NCBI GenBank assembly: GCA_010356995.1
Contig: ML996704.1
Coordinates: 496,001 to 560,000 of the forward strand
Length of the DNA stretch: 64,000 nt
Direction: 5' to 3'
DNA from: Trichodelitschia bisporula
Taxonomy: Eukaryota
Part shown: positions 1 to 15,598 of the stretch, piece after piece
How the letters are laid out: the number at the start of each line of letters is the position of its first letter
Position numbering within the stretch: the stretch's first letter is position 1
Notes under the pieces: model-generated
Database searches by the model: none
Seen by the model: only the letters and a program-made list of their open reading frames with translations
What the model was told of the DNA's origin: nothing
Translations under genes and position numbers: made by a program

Positions 1-1819
1 GCGGTGATATCGTCCGCGATGGTAAAAGTATGGGGTATAGGTGTAGGTTTGTTTGCCGGGCGAGTGAATGGTTTGCCGAGTCACTCACCCGGCAATTTCT
101 TTATATATGAGTTAAAGGCTGTCCATAGTTCAGAATAGAACCTCTTGGTGTCGTTCGGTGACTTTAGAGAATGGACCAGGTGATAGCAGTGACAAAGAAC
201 CAGACATTGTCGTGGAAGCGTTTCTGGTATGGTCCGCGGATCGAGTGCGCATGTTCCATGATGACGAGACACACGATCAGCTTATACGCCACGTAGAATC
301 TCAAGCAGTATATATGCGAACGGCATTCCCCATAATGGCGGTGGACACAAAGGAGTCAATGAAGCCAGTCGCGCATCTAGCTCAAGGCATGTCCGACATG
401 ATTGATACTTCCAATGCCGCCTGTCAAGTACATCTCCGCCCGAAGATGGAGCATGGGCATTGCAACGCGACTCCAGTAAGGAAAGATGTCCTTCTTCGGC
501 TTGCGGCGTCGTCCACTGGGGTTCGACGAGGCAGTTGCCACGTTCTGCGAAACCAGACTTGCAGATGCTCATGAAAGCACAACTGGATCGAGCACGGTTG
601 CAGCCTGTTACTTGACGGCTTTGGTTGTCGAGGGCGGGGCTTGTTGCGAAAGGCAACGCAGTGCCTTTGTTGACATCCTGGTGAGGAGTGGCGGGGTTCT
701 ATGTCTTCGAAGGCGGCGAAGGAGGAGAGTTCGGTATCGTAGATGGCGGGTTTGCGCTGAAGGTGGTATCCGGAATGAAGCTGACGGGAGTGCCGTAGAG
801 AGCCGACTTCTCGGTCGTGAAGGCCACACGCTTGGGCGGGATCCCAGGCGTCCGCTGGAGAGGCGCTGCTTGATCGAAACAAGAGCGCGATAATCCTGTA
901 TAAACTCTATCCTGGGAACCGCTGCAACATCGACGGGAGTCAGGTATTAGTTTGAGAACATATAAGCCCCGATTATCATCGGCTTGAGGGTAGCTATTTT
1001 TATGTCCTTATACTCAGCCATGGGATTCTGCATCGTCGTAGGCAGTGAAGGAAGAGCCTTGCGAGAGACCACCGGAGCCTGCAATATGAGAGCAGCCGGC
1101 TTCTCAAGACTGAACGCTATAGCCTCCTGCGGAACCACAGTCGTCTGCGGATTATGGGACTCGTCGCCTTTAGAGATTTCAATGTATCGTTTCTTCGCGT
1201 CTCGATTATGGGCCTCCAGATGAATCCGTATAGGGCGATGGTCGCCAACACACCGAGTATCATCCAAATGTCGTGGAAGAACAGGACTTCCAGGCGTTTG
1301 TGAGGATTAGATAATAGGGGACATAGAGCAGGGCCACGGACCTCTGGATTAATGTATGTGGCGATGATGTATGCCCATGGCGATATAACTAGATCACCAT
1401 CAGTAACCGAAGGAGCGGTTGCAAATCGAAGAAATCAGTGGAAGTTTACATCGATGAAATTGTTCCGGCAAAGTGAACAGCGGATTTCCTCGGGGTCACG
1501 GCCGCCGAGCAAACCGATCCTTCACTCTCCCTCGTGACCTTCGTGAATGGCAGAAGGAAGGCGGTAGCTCACCGACAGATGCATATGTGAGCAAATAGCC
1601 GCAAGGCATATGCGTCTGGACGATCGTGAGTTGATAAGTGGATATGGGAGGACATCCCGAAAGGAGCTAGGTTAGCCTACAGGTGCTATGAGCATGAGCA
1701 AACAAGATATACGGTCAGCCGATTTCCGTAGTGAAGACCGGTTAGCGTCATACTTTTTCCATTGTCCATTATCTATCGATACCGGACCAAGACCGTGAGC
1801 CCGCCTGATGTCCAATCGC

Positions 1820-4800
1820 CTACAAGTACTGCTCGATAACCCACCCTTCGCCGGGCACTCTCTTCTGTACAACCGACTTGCGAACCAATGGCCAACCCAT
1901 AGCACCGCCGCCTCCGACTAGGCTGAGTAGCACCTCGCACTGCCTCCGTTCAACCCCGCCCTGGCTCTCGAGCACTTCGATCTTACCCAAGGGCTTGCCG
2001 ACTTCCAGCAATGTCGTACCTCTGGCCAAGACTGCCAATTGCTCTCCGCTGACCGGTGTAAGTGCGTGCATGCGCGTCTTGGGCACCTTGCCCGGCGCAG
2101 AACTCTGGGATCGCTGGAGACGATGGTAGACGATATAGCGCGGGAGCTTGTAAGGTGCCATGTGAGCCAGCACGGAGGAAGGGTGAGGGTACACAAATGC
2201 GTCCTCAGGTGTGCCCGGCCGAGTACCCTCCCAGGAAGGGATGAGCGTCTGGTACCGCATGTCGATGGCACGCTTCGGCTTGCGGTCGACTGGGGGTGGC
2301 GTCGGAAGAAAGTCGGCGCGGATGGCGACTTGGTCCACGAAGCCTGCGGCTACGATCTGCTTCAGCAGGTTGATCTGCTTATCCGATGGTGTAGGAAGCA
2401 GCGGCTTGTAAGCGCGGATGGCATCGGGCTTGTGGCTGCAGGCAATGCTTGTAAGCTGTTCCCGGAGGGAGTTCGCTTCGTTCAGCGCCTTACTGCGGAG
2501 GAACATTGAATTGCAAAAGTCTTCTGGATCCGGAGAATTTGAATACTTGTTAATGGCGGAGAAAAGCTTGACGGCATCGCTGGAACGGTCCAAGCTCGCA
2601 AGGTGCCCATGGGCAGTGTTGTAATCCTTCCGTCGCCTCTCCCGTGCGGACTCTTCAATGTTATCAGCCTGGGTTCTGATCGCATCTTCTTCCCGTTCAG
2701 GGGTCCGCAGATCTAGGGAGCTTTCGGGTATGAAGAGCTCGGGAACATCCAAAGCCGCGACCATAGCTATGACTTGCGGAACGCAATTGTAGTTCAAGCC
2801 CAGCCGCAGCATCTGGGCGAAGCGCGGATTAAGAGGATAGTTCTGAAGTTCGCGGCCAAGCGGCGTAATTCTGCGGTTGGCGTCGAGTGCTCCAAGATGA
2901 CAAAGAAGGGCCTCGGCCTTGACGAGACTTGCTCTCTCCGGCGGAGTTGGAAAGGGGAAATTGTCAATCCGAGAGATGTTTAGCGCCTTCAGCTGCAAGA
3001 TGACACCTTCAAGAGGTGATCGGAAGATTTCGGGTTCTGAGAACTCAGTAAATGATTCGTACACCGCAGACGAGTAAAGACGGTAACAATGACCCGGTCC
3101 TGTACGGCCAGCACGACCGGCTCGTTGATCCGCACTGGCCTTGCTGATCCAGGATGTACGGAATGTTTGCACACCGGCGCGATCCCATATCCTCTCCTTC
3201 GCACGGCCGCTGTCGAACACATACCGGATTCCAGGGATGGTCAAACTCGTTTCAGCGACGTTAGTGGAAAGAACGATAAGACGAGAGCCGTCTGGAGGCG
3301 GTTCAAATACTCTGAGTTGCTCATTGGAAGGAAGTTGTGAATATAAAGGCAACACATGAACCTTCATCAGTTCACCCGCCTCCTCGCCTTCAATCTTGAA
3401 CTCGGCGTCTGCGTCCTCAAGGCCTTCGATTTCGATGTCGCTGTCATCCGCACCGGAATCCTCATCGGGTAGTTCAAGTCGAGCTGGCTTCGTTCGTTCT
3501 GCGTCCAAGTCATCGCTCTCCATCGGCATTTCAGTGGCGGATATGCGAACTGGAGGGTGTTCGTGGGTTGGTTCGGTAGCTTGGAAGGTCTGCTTCAGTC
3601 GCTTCGCCAATGCTCGAATCTCACTTTGGCCGGTTAAGAAAACCAGCATGCCACCAGGTGGCAGCTTCCGGTGGCCTCTGCAGACTCTAGTGTATGCTTC
3701 CTCCAGGTAATCGTGAGAGGTTTTGCGCGACCAATGCGGCGTGACTTCGTACTGTCGCCCCTCAGCCGTCACCAAAGGAGGGGGATTGGAGAAGAGACGG
3801 CTGTTCTCACGGAAGTCGGATACTCTGAGGGTCGCAGACATGATAATCAGCTTCAAAGGCGTGTAAAGTTTAGGCTTCTCTTTTGCCAGCTGGGCTCTCG
3901 TCTTAACACAGCGACTCATCAAGCTGATAAGGATGTCTGTATTGACTGTACGCTCATGCGCTTCATCAATGATGATAACAGAATACTTCTTCAGCGAGAA
4001 GTCCTCGGACATTTCGCGGAGCAAGACACCGTCCGTCATGAATTTGACGGCCGTCTTCTTGTTGACCGTGGTGTCGAACCGGATTTGATAGGAGACTCGG
4101 TCAGCAGAGCTTGCGAGCTCCGTGGCCACGCGTTTGGCCATACTGACTGCAGCAACACGCCTCGGCTGAGTGACTCCAATCATCCCAGGGGTTGGTCCAT
4201 TAGGATCCCCGAAGCCGTTTTCGAATAGAAATTGGGGGACCTGTGTGGTTTTACCGCTTCCAGTAGCTCCAGAAATAACCACAACATCATTGCTGAATAT
4301 GGCCTCCATAATCTTTTGCTCCTCTGCCACGACGGGGAGGGCAAGACGCGCCTCCTGGATTTCTTCTGGTCTTTGCACATTGACAGCATGGACCTTGCGG
4401 TTTATATTTGCGTTGATCTGGAGCTCCGGGGGGAGCACGTCCTGTTCGACCGGGCGAGGGGTGAACTTGATAGACTTTGCGGCGGCAGTCATCCCTTCGA
4501 TGTTGGACGTCGGTTGAAATCCCAAGGCCTCATTCCGCTGCTGCTCAGCCCAGGCTTTGAACGCAGATGTCCGCGCTTTTTTCTCAGCCTTCTGGTCACC
4601 AGAGTCCTCATCGCTGCTCTCACTCCCCTCGCTACCGGTGTCACCTTCGTCCTCCTCGCCCTCCGTCATGCCACTCTCGTCCATGTCCGACTCAGACTGA
4701 CTCTGCTGCGACAACGCGTCTTCAAGCTGTTCGGATGGCGACTCCTCATCTGCTTCACCGCCGAGTTGGGCTTTAGCGGGCTTGAGGATAGACCGAAGCT

Positions 4801-5566
4801 GCACGCATCCCTCCGCCTCGGATTCGGAAGAAAATCCTGTCCACTCCGGTTCTTCTTCCAGTTCTTCCTCTGACTCTTCCCGCGCCGGTATGTGGAATAC
4901 AAGCGGGGTTGCTTTTGTCTTCTTCCGTTTTATCCGCGGGAGGACAGGCCTGCCCTCTTCGTCCAGTTCTAACGGCCGCTTGAGCCCACTCCCGAAGCCC
5001 GCCGGGCCTCCAGATGTGGATTTAAGCGCTGCTGCAGCCTGTGGGGCTGGATCGGGCTTCTCATCTTCCGAGTCTGATTCTAGTTCTGGTACTGGCTCCG
5101 GCCTCTTCACGAATAGGGTGGCTTCGGCTTGTTCGACGTTGATTCCCGCCCGTCGCTCCCTAAGAGCCCGTGAAAGGATATCCCGCTTCGATTCTGTCTG
5201 CTGGCCGAGTCTCTTTGCGCTATGGAAAAGACTGGTATCGACTTTCGTCTGTTCGAGCTTCTTGATCAACTCAAGGTTCTCCTCCTTCTTTAGCTTCGTT
5301 TCCTATCATGAGTTAGCACTCCGCGTACAAGAGGTGTCCGAGGGCTGTACAATATAGTGATCCAGCCTCTTCTGCTTTTTGCTGGACATCTTGTGCTGCT
5401 GGGAGCGCAATTCTTCTCTCAGCTTCCTCTTGCGCTCCTCATGCTGGACCTTCGATGCGGGGAGGATCTCGGTCGCGTTCGCATCGCCACCTGCCGTTGC
5501 TGCGGCATTGCGCTGCTCGCGGTCTCGCGCCTTATGCTTTCTCTGTCGTGGCACAAATTTCGCCAT
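1820..5566 (-). CDS. DHR1: DEAH-box RNA helicase DHR1/ECM16 (DHX37), ribosome biogenesis; exons 5566-5351 and 5302-1820
   Basis: Motifs GATGSGKTTQ, DEAH, SAT, TNVAETSLTIPG and QRAGRAGR. A 48-nt intron (GTACAG..CTAAC..TAG, 5350-5303) joins MAKFVPRQRK...HYI to ETKLKKEE in frame. Confidence 0.93.
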
Positions 5567-5925
5567 GTCATCTGGTGTTGCTGTGAGCTACGAATTATGC
5601 GGGAGACTCGTCTGTCAATCGCGAGGCATCCAAAATTTCTGGCGGGAGCGGAGATGTAAGGACGCCGATTGGCTGCGCGGGTGAAGGCGGTCTCAGTGGG
5701 AAATATTCTGCCCATCCATTGTGGGTCAGGAACAACCCCGCATCTTGTCTCCAAGTCTCGGTTCATGAGGTTCCAAGGATTCTTCTCATCCAAGTTGTTC
5801 TTGCTTAGTGCTATGTAGTCGGCAAATCCAAAGGTTCTCCTCTTTACAGAGCTTTCACTGTGCTACCACAGGAAACACCACGCTCAAATATCATCAGTAC
5901 TGTACCACCCTGCGCCAACCCCACG

Positions 5926-6437
5926 ATGTCCTCACAAGATGCCCTAATGCCATCTCCCTTCCCGGCACAGTCCAAAACTGCAAACAAAACCGTAGCATCT
6001 ATCCCAACTACAGCGACCGCCATCTTCTTCACCGACAAGATCCTCATCACGATCTCGCAGGGTGGCCGCTTAGCACAATGGGTCCGCACCCCACATCCCT
6101 TATTCCCTCAGCTTACCCTCGTATCCAGGTCCACGTTCCGCTTGACGGCAGCCTCCCCGAAGCACATCCGCTTCCTCCGGAGGTCGATCCCGAATCTGAC
6201 GCGCCGCCGTCAGATTTGCTGCCCATGTCACATTTAACAGCAACGACAGTCCTCGGGGGGACAGTGCCGGAACGCGACACACTAGGTCAGCTACTAGCAA
6301 CACAGATCGCAAGCGCTATCGCAACCAAGGACACGGACGAGAAGAGAATGGTAGTGGTAGGACTGGGCTTAGAGAAGTCAACGCTTGGCAGAGAAGAATT
6401 CATGGACTTGGTGGAGCTGGTGCTTGGGATCATATGA
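5926..6437 (+). CDS. Proteasome assembly chaperone 3 (PAC3)-like protein; intron 6082-6128
   Basis: The spliced product contains F-T-DKILITISQGGRLAQW|VHVPL...LTATTVLGG...QIASAI...VVGLGL, the pattern of fungal PAC3-like proteins. Confidence 0.7.
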
Positions 6438-6728
6438 GGGGAGGACGCCTTGGACCACAGGTTCTTCAAGCACTCAGGCAGCTGGATAGCTGTGAAAAGT
6501 TGCACATGGCATGCTCCGATTGCAAGGAGCCATATATTGCGACCTGCATAGCGCAGTATTCATGAGCGACAGGGCCATGTGCCCACTTCCTTCCAGTCGA
6601 CCGTATTCTCTACGGTTCCCAAACGCCAGTATCCTCCTGCAAAGCCGTACCTCCAACGCCTCACGCATATGCCCCGTCAGTACCCCATCAGCTTCCCATT
6701 TTCCTAACATCTGTACCCATGAGCCCTT

Positions 6729-7417
6729 CTAACCCTTTTGCTGCGAGTGTTCCCGAAGTCTCCGAATAATGTCGTCGATAGCCTCCATATCCGTAGCATC
6801 AATTTCTCCTTCGACCTTGTGCTGCTCGGGCAAACTCTCGACGAAGGCATTAACGCCTGGCTGGAAGTTCCGGATACCGGAAGAGAGGGCGAGAATGGCC
6901 TTCTTACGGACAGTTTGATCGGCGTCTTCAGTCGCGAGCTGTACAAGCTTCGGAATGGCGCCTAGTCCATGTAACTATCCAAATGTTAGCTGGATGATGG
7001 ATGCCTTGAGACCGCGTCACTCACACTCTCTTGAGCTTTGACATTGTTTTGAACCGCTGTCCCCACACACCAGGCTGCCATCGCGCGCAAATCGGCAATG
7101 TCGTGCTCCAGCTGTTCTACCAAGGGTGGCCAGAGACCCAAGGGTACCAAGTTGTTCGCGTTGTCAATTTGCTCCACCATCTGCTCAAAGTTGTCGAAAG
7201 CGATGAGCTTGTTTTCTAGGTCAATCTCGGGGTGCAGAATCGCAGCCATTGCATCCTTCATGCGCTCTGCGTCAGAAGGACCACCGAGGATATGTTTTAT
7301 GAGCTCTGGATCAAGCTGCTGCAGGTTGGTAGATGGCGGTGGAGCCTGCTGGCCGTCGGAGCCCGTTTTGGTATTCTCGATGCTCCATTTGAGGAGGTCG
7401 TTCAATCTTGGGTCCAT
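6729..7417 (-). CDS. FES1: Hsp70 nucleotide exchange factor FES1; intron 7024-6975
   Basis: [34 protein letters not shown] and [12 protein letters not shown]. Exon 2 reads [14 protein letters not shown]...[19 protein letters not shown]...QQKG*. Confidence 0.92.
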
Positions 7418-9198
7418 ATTTCGGTATCGCAATGTATTCCTCTCTGTGAAGGCAGTAAACAGTGGGAGACTCCGGAATATGAGTTGGTGAACTTTTAAGT
7501 TCCCATCTCAAAGGCATTTTCTCGTAAACCAATGATACGAGGCGGCGGAGAAGGAACGGGAACGTGCGTGATCGTTCCGCGGCTTTCTGCGCTCGATCCT
7601 AGCGTTTGCTGCCTGAGGCCTCAAAATGCAAGGGTTATCAGACCCCCATTCCCTTTTTGAACCCATGGTGGCACTTCGCTTGAGGTGGGACCAGACAAGC
7701 TAAAGGGGACGACAGACGCATGTGCAGAACGAAATTCATGGTCGGTGGCAGTTGAGCACACTGGTGCTGTGGAATATCTTCAGGCAAGCGCACATGCTCG
7801 GTGGTACGACCCACCACTTGCTTCGGTCGTCTTTCGGAGCCTTCAGGAAGCAGGACATTCCATGCATGCATTGCGTCCCCCCTTACACACTGGACTTCGT
7901 GAGGTTGACTGCAAGATGGCTGCGGAGGGACAGCTCTTTCAAATACATTGGGATTTTGATATCAACCTAACTCTTTCCTTTTCTGGCCGAGATACGGAGT
8001 ACATAACCTTAGAACACAATGGATTGCGGCTGTGGCTGGCCTAACCTGATGTCATCATTGCCAGAAGCCCGCATGCCGTACGTTGGTACGGTAGAATCTG
8101 CACGAATGGCCGACGGTGTAGCCTCATATCTATGGTCTCTCTCTAGTCTCGCATACGGATTGATGACTTGAACTGCATCATCAGAATCTCGCGATGGGTG
8201 GGAAGCGGATGCGATGAAGTTATGTGCACTTGCCGGTCCGGGAGTTGGCAAGGGACAGCTTGCAGGGGAATCCTGCTAATAAGCGCAGCCGGCTCCTGCT
8301 GAGAAGAGCAGCTGGAGCCTGAGGCAGGGCGGGGCAGCTTGACGCAACGGGCCTGGCTTGCCCACACCGAGTGCGGAGTCGGTCAGAGCAGCCCACAGCT
8401 CACTCGCAGTGTCTGCGCAGAATGCCACGCACGCAAGCACGAAGGGAATGACCGGGATCCCAAGGAAGCGAATATCATGGTATGGGCATTGCGATGGGTG
8501 TGGTACTTTTGTCACCAGGGTTTATTGTACGTTGTCAGTCGTGGTGTTGAAACTTCTGCCAAGACCGTTATGAAGCTGCCTTGAGCCCGTTTGACCCGCG
8601 ATAGGGGCGGCGAGGGGCAATCGGAGAGATGGCACTAGTCTGTGGCCGCGTGGACAAGTGTTCGGATTGTCGTCGCCGTCTCAGGCTGCAGCATTTCAAC
8701 TTTCTTGCGGGGTGCAGAGAGGGTAAATGGGGCGGAGTGGAGTAAAGCGGGAATATAAATATGGCGATGGAGGATGGGGGCGCAAATATGGTAGTTCTTC
8801 ACCCGAGCACGCTATCTGTGTGAATCCGCCATATTTTGCATCATCAAGTAGGGAATCGATTCCGAGCAACAGATAGCTTGGTTCAAGGTGCAGTCGCGTT
8901 GCGGTGTCTAACTTCTTGGGCAAAAAGAAGTGAGGAACATTGCGACCAACCTCTTCCCTTTTCCCCACCAATATTGGCAAGAGGCGCTTATTTAGCACAC
9001 CCCTCGCCTCCCGCAGAAACCTCCCGCCCGCCAGAACGCAACCCCCAACCACGTTCAATTTCTTCCCTTACCACCAACACCCAACACCTCCTCTGCGACA
9101 GGCCATCCCAACTCCTACCGCCTCCTCTGCGACCTTTCTTGAGTCCTTGACTTTCGCTCTTCCGTTCGCACCGAATAATCACATTTACTTCTACAGCC

Positions 9199-10814
<1,616 letters not shown>

Positions 10815-12181
10815 AGGTTCGTCGCTCGAGTCGCTTGTTAAACTTGTCCCTAACCGCCGCAGTACTTCGCCCGTAGCCTTCGTATCCGTATCCTACCTGC
10901 ACTGATGTCCCGGATTTGATCAAGTTCTTCGAGGACAAGCGGGAGGAAGATTTCGAGACTAAGGAGATTGCTTTTCATACACTTTACGTTTGGCCAATCC
11001 AAAATCGGAGGAAGGGTGCTGCTTTAGCCGAGCTTGTTTTTTCTACATGTCTTTGATGGTGGTTGCGTTCTGCGTCTACTTGCAAGATTTGATATGCGAG
11101 TAGGCTGGAATGGTGGCCCTGCCGTTATGCTAGGTGTAGGAGACCGAATTAAGTGTAGCGGTAGTTCCCTCCCCCCTATTTATCTCCTCACGTCCCCTCA
11201 TCAGTCCTGCTCTGCCGTATGCGTCGTCCTCAGTTGTCATGTGATGGTGGATGCTTGATCCTTCGATGCTTCCGTACAGGTGTGATACTTCCTTTGCTGG
11301 ACCTGATACTTCGGTTGAGTGTATGGCAAACATCCCCCTTTCGAGGTGAACAGCTCCCCCGGCCTTACGCAGCATTGGAAGACTGACCAGTATTCAGTTG
11401 CCCATTGTGGCCTATGCCATGGCAATCCTCTCTACCGTAGAGCATTCCTCATCCAATATCCCACCACACTTCCTACTCACCTATCTGCACATCCGTTCCT
11501 GACGCTCCCCGCCTCGCCCGCCCAGCCGGGGCGCCCTCCGGCCAATATTCCCCCTCTCGGCCACTAAGCCAATCTAGCCCTCAAAGGCCTAGAATGCCGC
11601 AGACGCGCATGCGATACGCGGTCTGGAGCAGAGAGCGGAGGTGGCATGTTGTCACTTTAGGCCTCGGTGCCTCGTGATGTGGTTTAGATGAGGTGTGGGG
11701 GTTGTGCTCAGGGAAGCTTATATTCGTGGGTGCTGCTTGGTAATCTGTGGCCATGACCGGGTATTTGAGCTGGTGTGTTGCGCGTCGTGTGCGTAAGCGC
11801 GGAAGTGCCAGTTAATGGAGGATAGCTTATGGAATCAGCTCGAGCGGTCTGATGGGTCGCTTCGTTTGTGAGTTGTTCGCAGTCATGCACGGTGTTCATA
11901 TTAACAAGGTTCAAAGGTTATTTGGATTCTCAGCGCTACTAGGCAGATGCAAGTTGTCTTCGTCCTTGATCGGGCAAAAGATCTGGAACCGGAACTTCGT
12001 TCTTGCCGCCACACATTCCGCCCCGTAAGCCGCATCGACAAAGCATTCCCCGCGACGACGCCTCATTCTCCATAAAGCAGATTGAACCACGGACCCGTCC
12101 AGACTCCGGCACCGACCGACCGCATGCTAATGAGAATAGGAAAGTAGGAAGTTGTCATGACGTGGACACCTCGAGCCGAGC

Positions 12182-12612
12182 TCACTTCTGACGAACGCTG
12201 ACCTTCCAGCGGACGGTCCCAGCCTGCTTCGTAGCTCGCTCGCTACGCACCGACATCCCGCCAGCACCGGCCTCGGGCTTGCCTCCGAGCCCCATGTTGA
12301 CAGTGCGAACCTCGCCCTTCTCGGTGGGGAGATCGTTGCGCATGGCGAAGATCGTGCTTGTGAGAAGGCGCTGCCAGGCAGCCGGGCTGCTGGCAATCTC
12401 ACTGAGAGGGATACCGTCACCACTGCCGGCCTTGTTCTTCGGCGCGACCTTGACAGCGAAGGTCACGTTCTTCTCAGTCTCGTACCACTGAGGCATGGTA
12501 GCGGCTTCGTTGACGCTTGACTTGCTTGACGTTGAGGGTGTGGATAGGTCGGCGTCCGAGACAGAGGATGCTTCGGATGAAGCTTCGTCATACGTCGCGG
12601 GGAGTTGACTAT
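12182..12612 (-). CDS. Hypothetical small protein; 5' end unresolved
   Basis: ~140-codon open frame preceded by an acceptor-like CTAAC..CATAG. TATA-like CATAAATA and a pyrimidine tract lie upstream. No recognisable domain. Confidence 0.35.
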
Positions 12613-14601
12613 GCAAGGTGTGAGGTTAGTTGTGGGATGAGGGGATTGCATGCACGCAAGGGTAGTACATGCCTCGATGTGCCGGCACACGAGGTGCAGC
12701 TTGATGCCGCGGCTGGTCCCTCGTTGGGGCTTTTGCAGTGACAACAGGATAGAGGGCTAGAACATTGGTGTGAGTAGGTGTGAAAAGGAAAAGAAGAGTG
12801 AGGAGGAGGTCGGGTATTTATGGCGGTGCTAGTGCTTGCTTACCTGATGGTCGAGGCTTGCTCCTTCTCCAAATGGTCGCTCCAGCGTCGCCACTGCCGA
12901 TATTCTTGCGGGGTGCCGTGGATGCCGTTCTTCTCCTCTATTATATCGGCCGAACCATTTCTCCAAGAATAGTCGCTAGGACCAACCATCGGGCCGGAAA
13001 CTGGTAGATTGACCATGGTGTCTGCGCCTGGAAAAGAAATTTAACAAAAGCGATAGCCGCCAGCGACCAGAAGCGACCAGAAGCGAATGAGTTGACAGTA
13101 AGGTGAGAGTGTACACAAGACTCTAAATGAACACTGACTCCATTCTTATACTGAGCTCTCGATATGGAAGTCCGAATGAGATGCCGGCTCAGCTTGGCCA
13201 TCTCGGCGGTAGGGTTTCAAGTATGAGACGACAAAGCCAGCGACAAGGCCGACTTAAGACTTTTGTACATGCAGTCGAGAGAATACCAAGAGTCTGCGCG
13301 TGAGGGCCTATTATGATTTGGTCAATGTGTAGTGGCTTCACGGGATTGACCTGTGATCGCCAGCTTGGCTGAATAGGGTTGCTTCAAACGCCACGATGGA
13401 CTTCCAGTAGAGTTTGTGGGAAGACTGCATATGTCTCAACCTGCGGCAGCATCTGAGTGTGAAGCTCTCCCTCGGGGAGAGGAGCGGGATATCACTCTTC
13501 AGGGAATTCGAACACATATTGAAACAAGAGAAGACGGCGACGCAAGCAGGAGGGGGTTGAGACTTACTCTTGTCGTTGAAGTTTGACGGTGGAATAGTAG
13601 ACTTGGACATATCGGGGTAAGATCTACCTTTCGATTTCTGGCAACTAGAACTAAGGAGTTGGGCAAGGAGCTCTTGCAGCATCCTCCAGCTGGCTTTTGT
13701 AGTACTCACAAACGTGGACTGAGCACATTGCCTCTGGTGTGTGAGATCGGTACCAAACTACATAAAAAGGGTATTTACCGAATTGGCAAGGCTCGAGACG
13801 GCTATCGTGTGCTAGCACCAGGAGCATCCATGGTTCCGATTAGGACCCAGCCCGAACGGAATTTCAAGGCTGTTACAACCGCAATGGACGTGAAGAGAAG
13901 AGGCACAATCCTACAGTGCAACACTCCAGTACTTCACCAAAGCACCATCAAAAGCATCGGAAGATGAGATCAGATGGGATCAGGAAGGCTGTAGTTCGTT
14001 GCACCAGTAACCGAGACGGTTGATTGGCTCCCGTAGTGGGCATCGTAGGAATCTTTGCCTCGCCTTACCAAACTCTGAACACTTGAGCCAGAGTCATATC
14101 CAAATCCTCACACGCAGATAGAAACAAAGTCATACATATTGTGGCCTTAGGCCAGGCCAATGTACTATGAATCGCTCATAAACTGCAGATATCAGCTGTA
14201 AGAGGCATCCGCGCCATGACTTCCGCCTGAATGAGGGCGCACACTTAACTGCATACTTGGCTTGTGAGCAGACACATGCTAGGTATAGACAGGTAGACAC
14301 GTTCAGTGAGGCTTGAGAAACGAGGGTAACCATATACTATAAAAGTAGGGAAACTGTGCCATAATTGGACGGGAGGCTGCTGTAATGTAGTCTCGTAAAA
14401 AGATGGGTGGCTGCGTTTGCCTTGATGTCATGGCTTCTTATCGATTACCTCCATTTGCGCAAGCTCGCGAAGCTTGACAAGTGACACCACCATCTGAACC
14501 TACTACCAATCCGTACACCCTCACTCCTCAATACAAGCCCGTACGCACCCTTCGCGTATAGCTACTGTCTGTTACCGCTCTATGAGTTCCACATTGACCT
14601 C

Positions 14602-15598
14602 ATGACCGGCACGCTCATGCGTAGGATTTCGGCGAGGAGGGCGGCCGATGCCGCCCTCCGCACTCTCAAGCCCGCACCCTCCAGCATCCCCTCATGCGCT
14701 CCTCAACCCCGCCGGCAACTTGCAAACATCCGCGATGAAGACCGAGGCTCTTCGGAGCAGTGGTTTAGTGGCACAATGCCGAGCCTGCGACCTGGGAACA
14801 CCGAAGGACCTGGGAGCGGGAACGATCACAAGCCGCCCGATGAGCGGACGCTGAAACTGGGTGACAGTGAGTTGGGGAGCTCTGGCATATTGTTTTGCAC
14901 TGTACTAATAATGCGGGCTTGCAGCTATCAGAACGCTCCATGAACGACTTCCCACGCTGTTCGCATCGCCTCTGCCACAGGAGATTCTATCCCCGCAGAT
15001 CACACTGCGCCTCTTCCCCTCCACACACCCCCACCTTCCCGTCGTCACGGGAAAAATTGGCTACAGAGCAGCGCTCTGGACCTCACCTGTCGCTTGGGGC
15101 CGCATGCCGTTCGTCGGCAACGTCAAGCTTGTCATCCTCTCGGAACGCATGGTTGGCCACAATGGTTCTAGGTCTACGCCCTCGGGCAACGAGAGGCTGA
15201 TTGTCAAGTGGCGGACATGCGGCAAAACAAAGGGCATGGGCGTCGGGGCGCTATACCGCGGTCTGTCGAACAGCGATACGCAAGTGGACAAGATCACGGA
15301 GTTCCTCGGGGGACACTCGTCCGACGACGACAAGGAGTTTTCTGGCTTGTTCATCTTCGAGTTCGACGAACAGGGAAGAATCCTCTCGCATACCATCGAA
15401 CACGCAGAGGAAGGCGGCGACTGGGACGCGATGCCCAAAGTCATCAACGTTACCGACTGGCTGCTGGGCATGGCACGCGGCAAGAGGAATGGCAACCGTG
15501 AGGGCGATGTCACCGGGCTTGCTCTTGGCTATGTCGAGGCGGACGAGGGGCAAACCGGGCGCGTTCAAGAACGGGGCACATGGCGGCGAAGCAGTTAG
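14602..15598 (+). CDS. Conserved putative mitochondrial protein (MMU163/Mug163-like); intron 14867-14924
   Basis: Arg/Ala-rich N-terminus resembling a presequence. KPPDERTLKLG|T-IRTL...LPQEILSPQITLRLFPSTHPHLP...F-GLFIFEFDEQGRI..HTIE is a motif set recalled from this fungal family. Confidence 0.65.

Noticed and set aside
1..1300. Possible spliced gene on the minus strand
   Set aside because: An acceptor-like site exists near 922, but no consistent stop-free model or recognisable product could be built.
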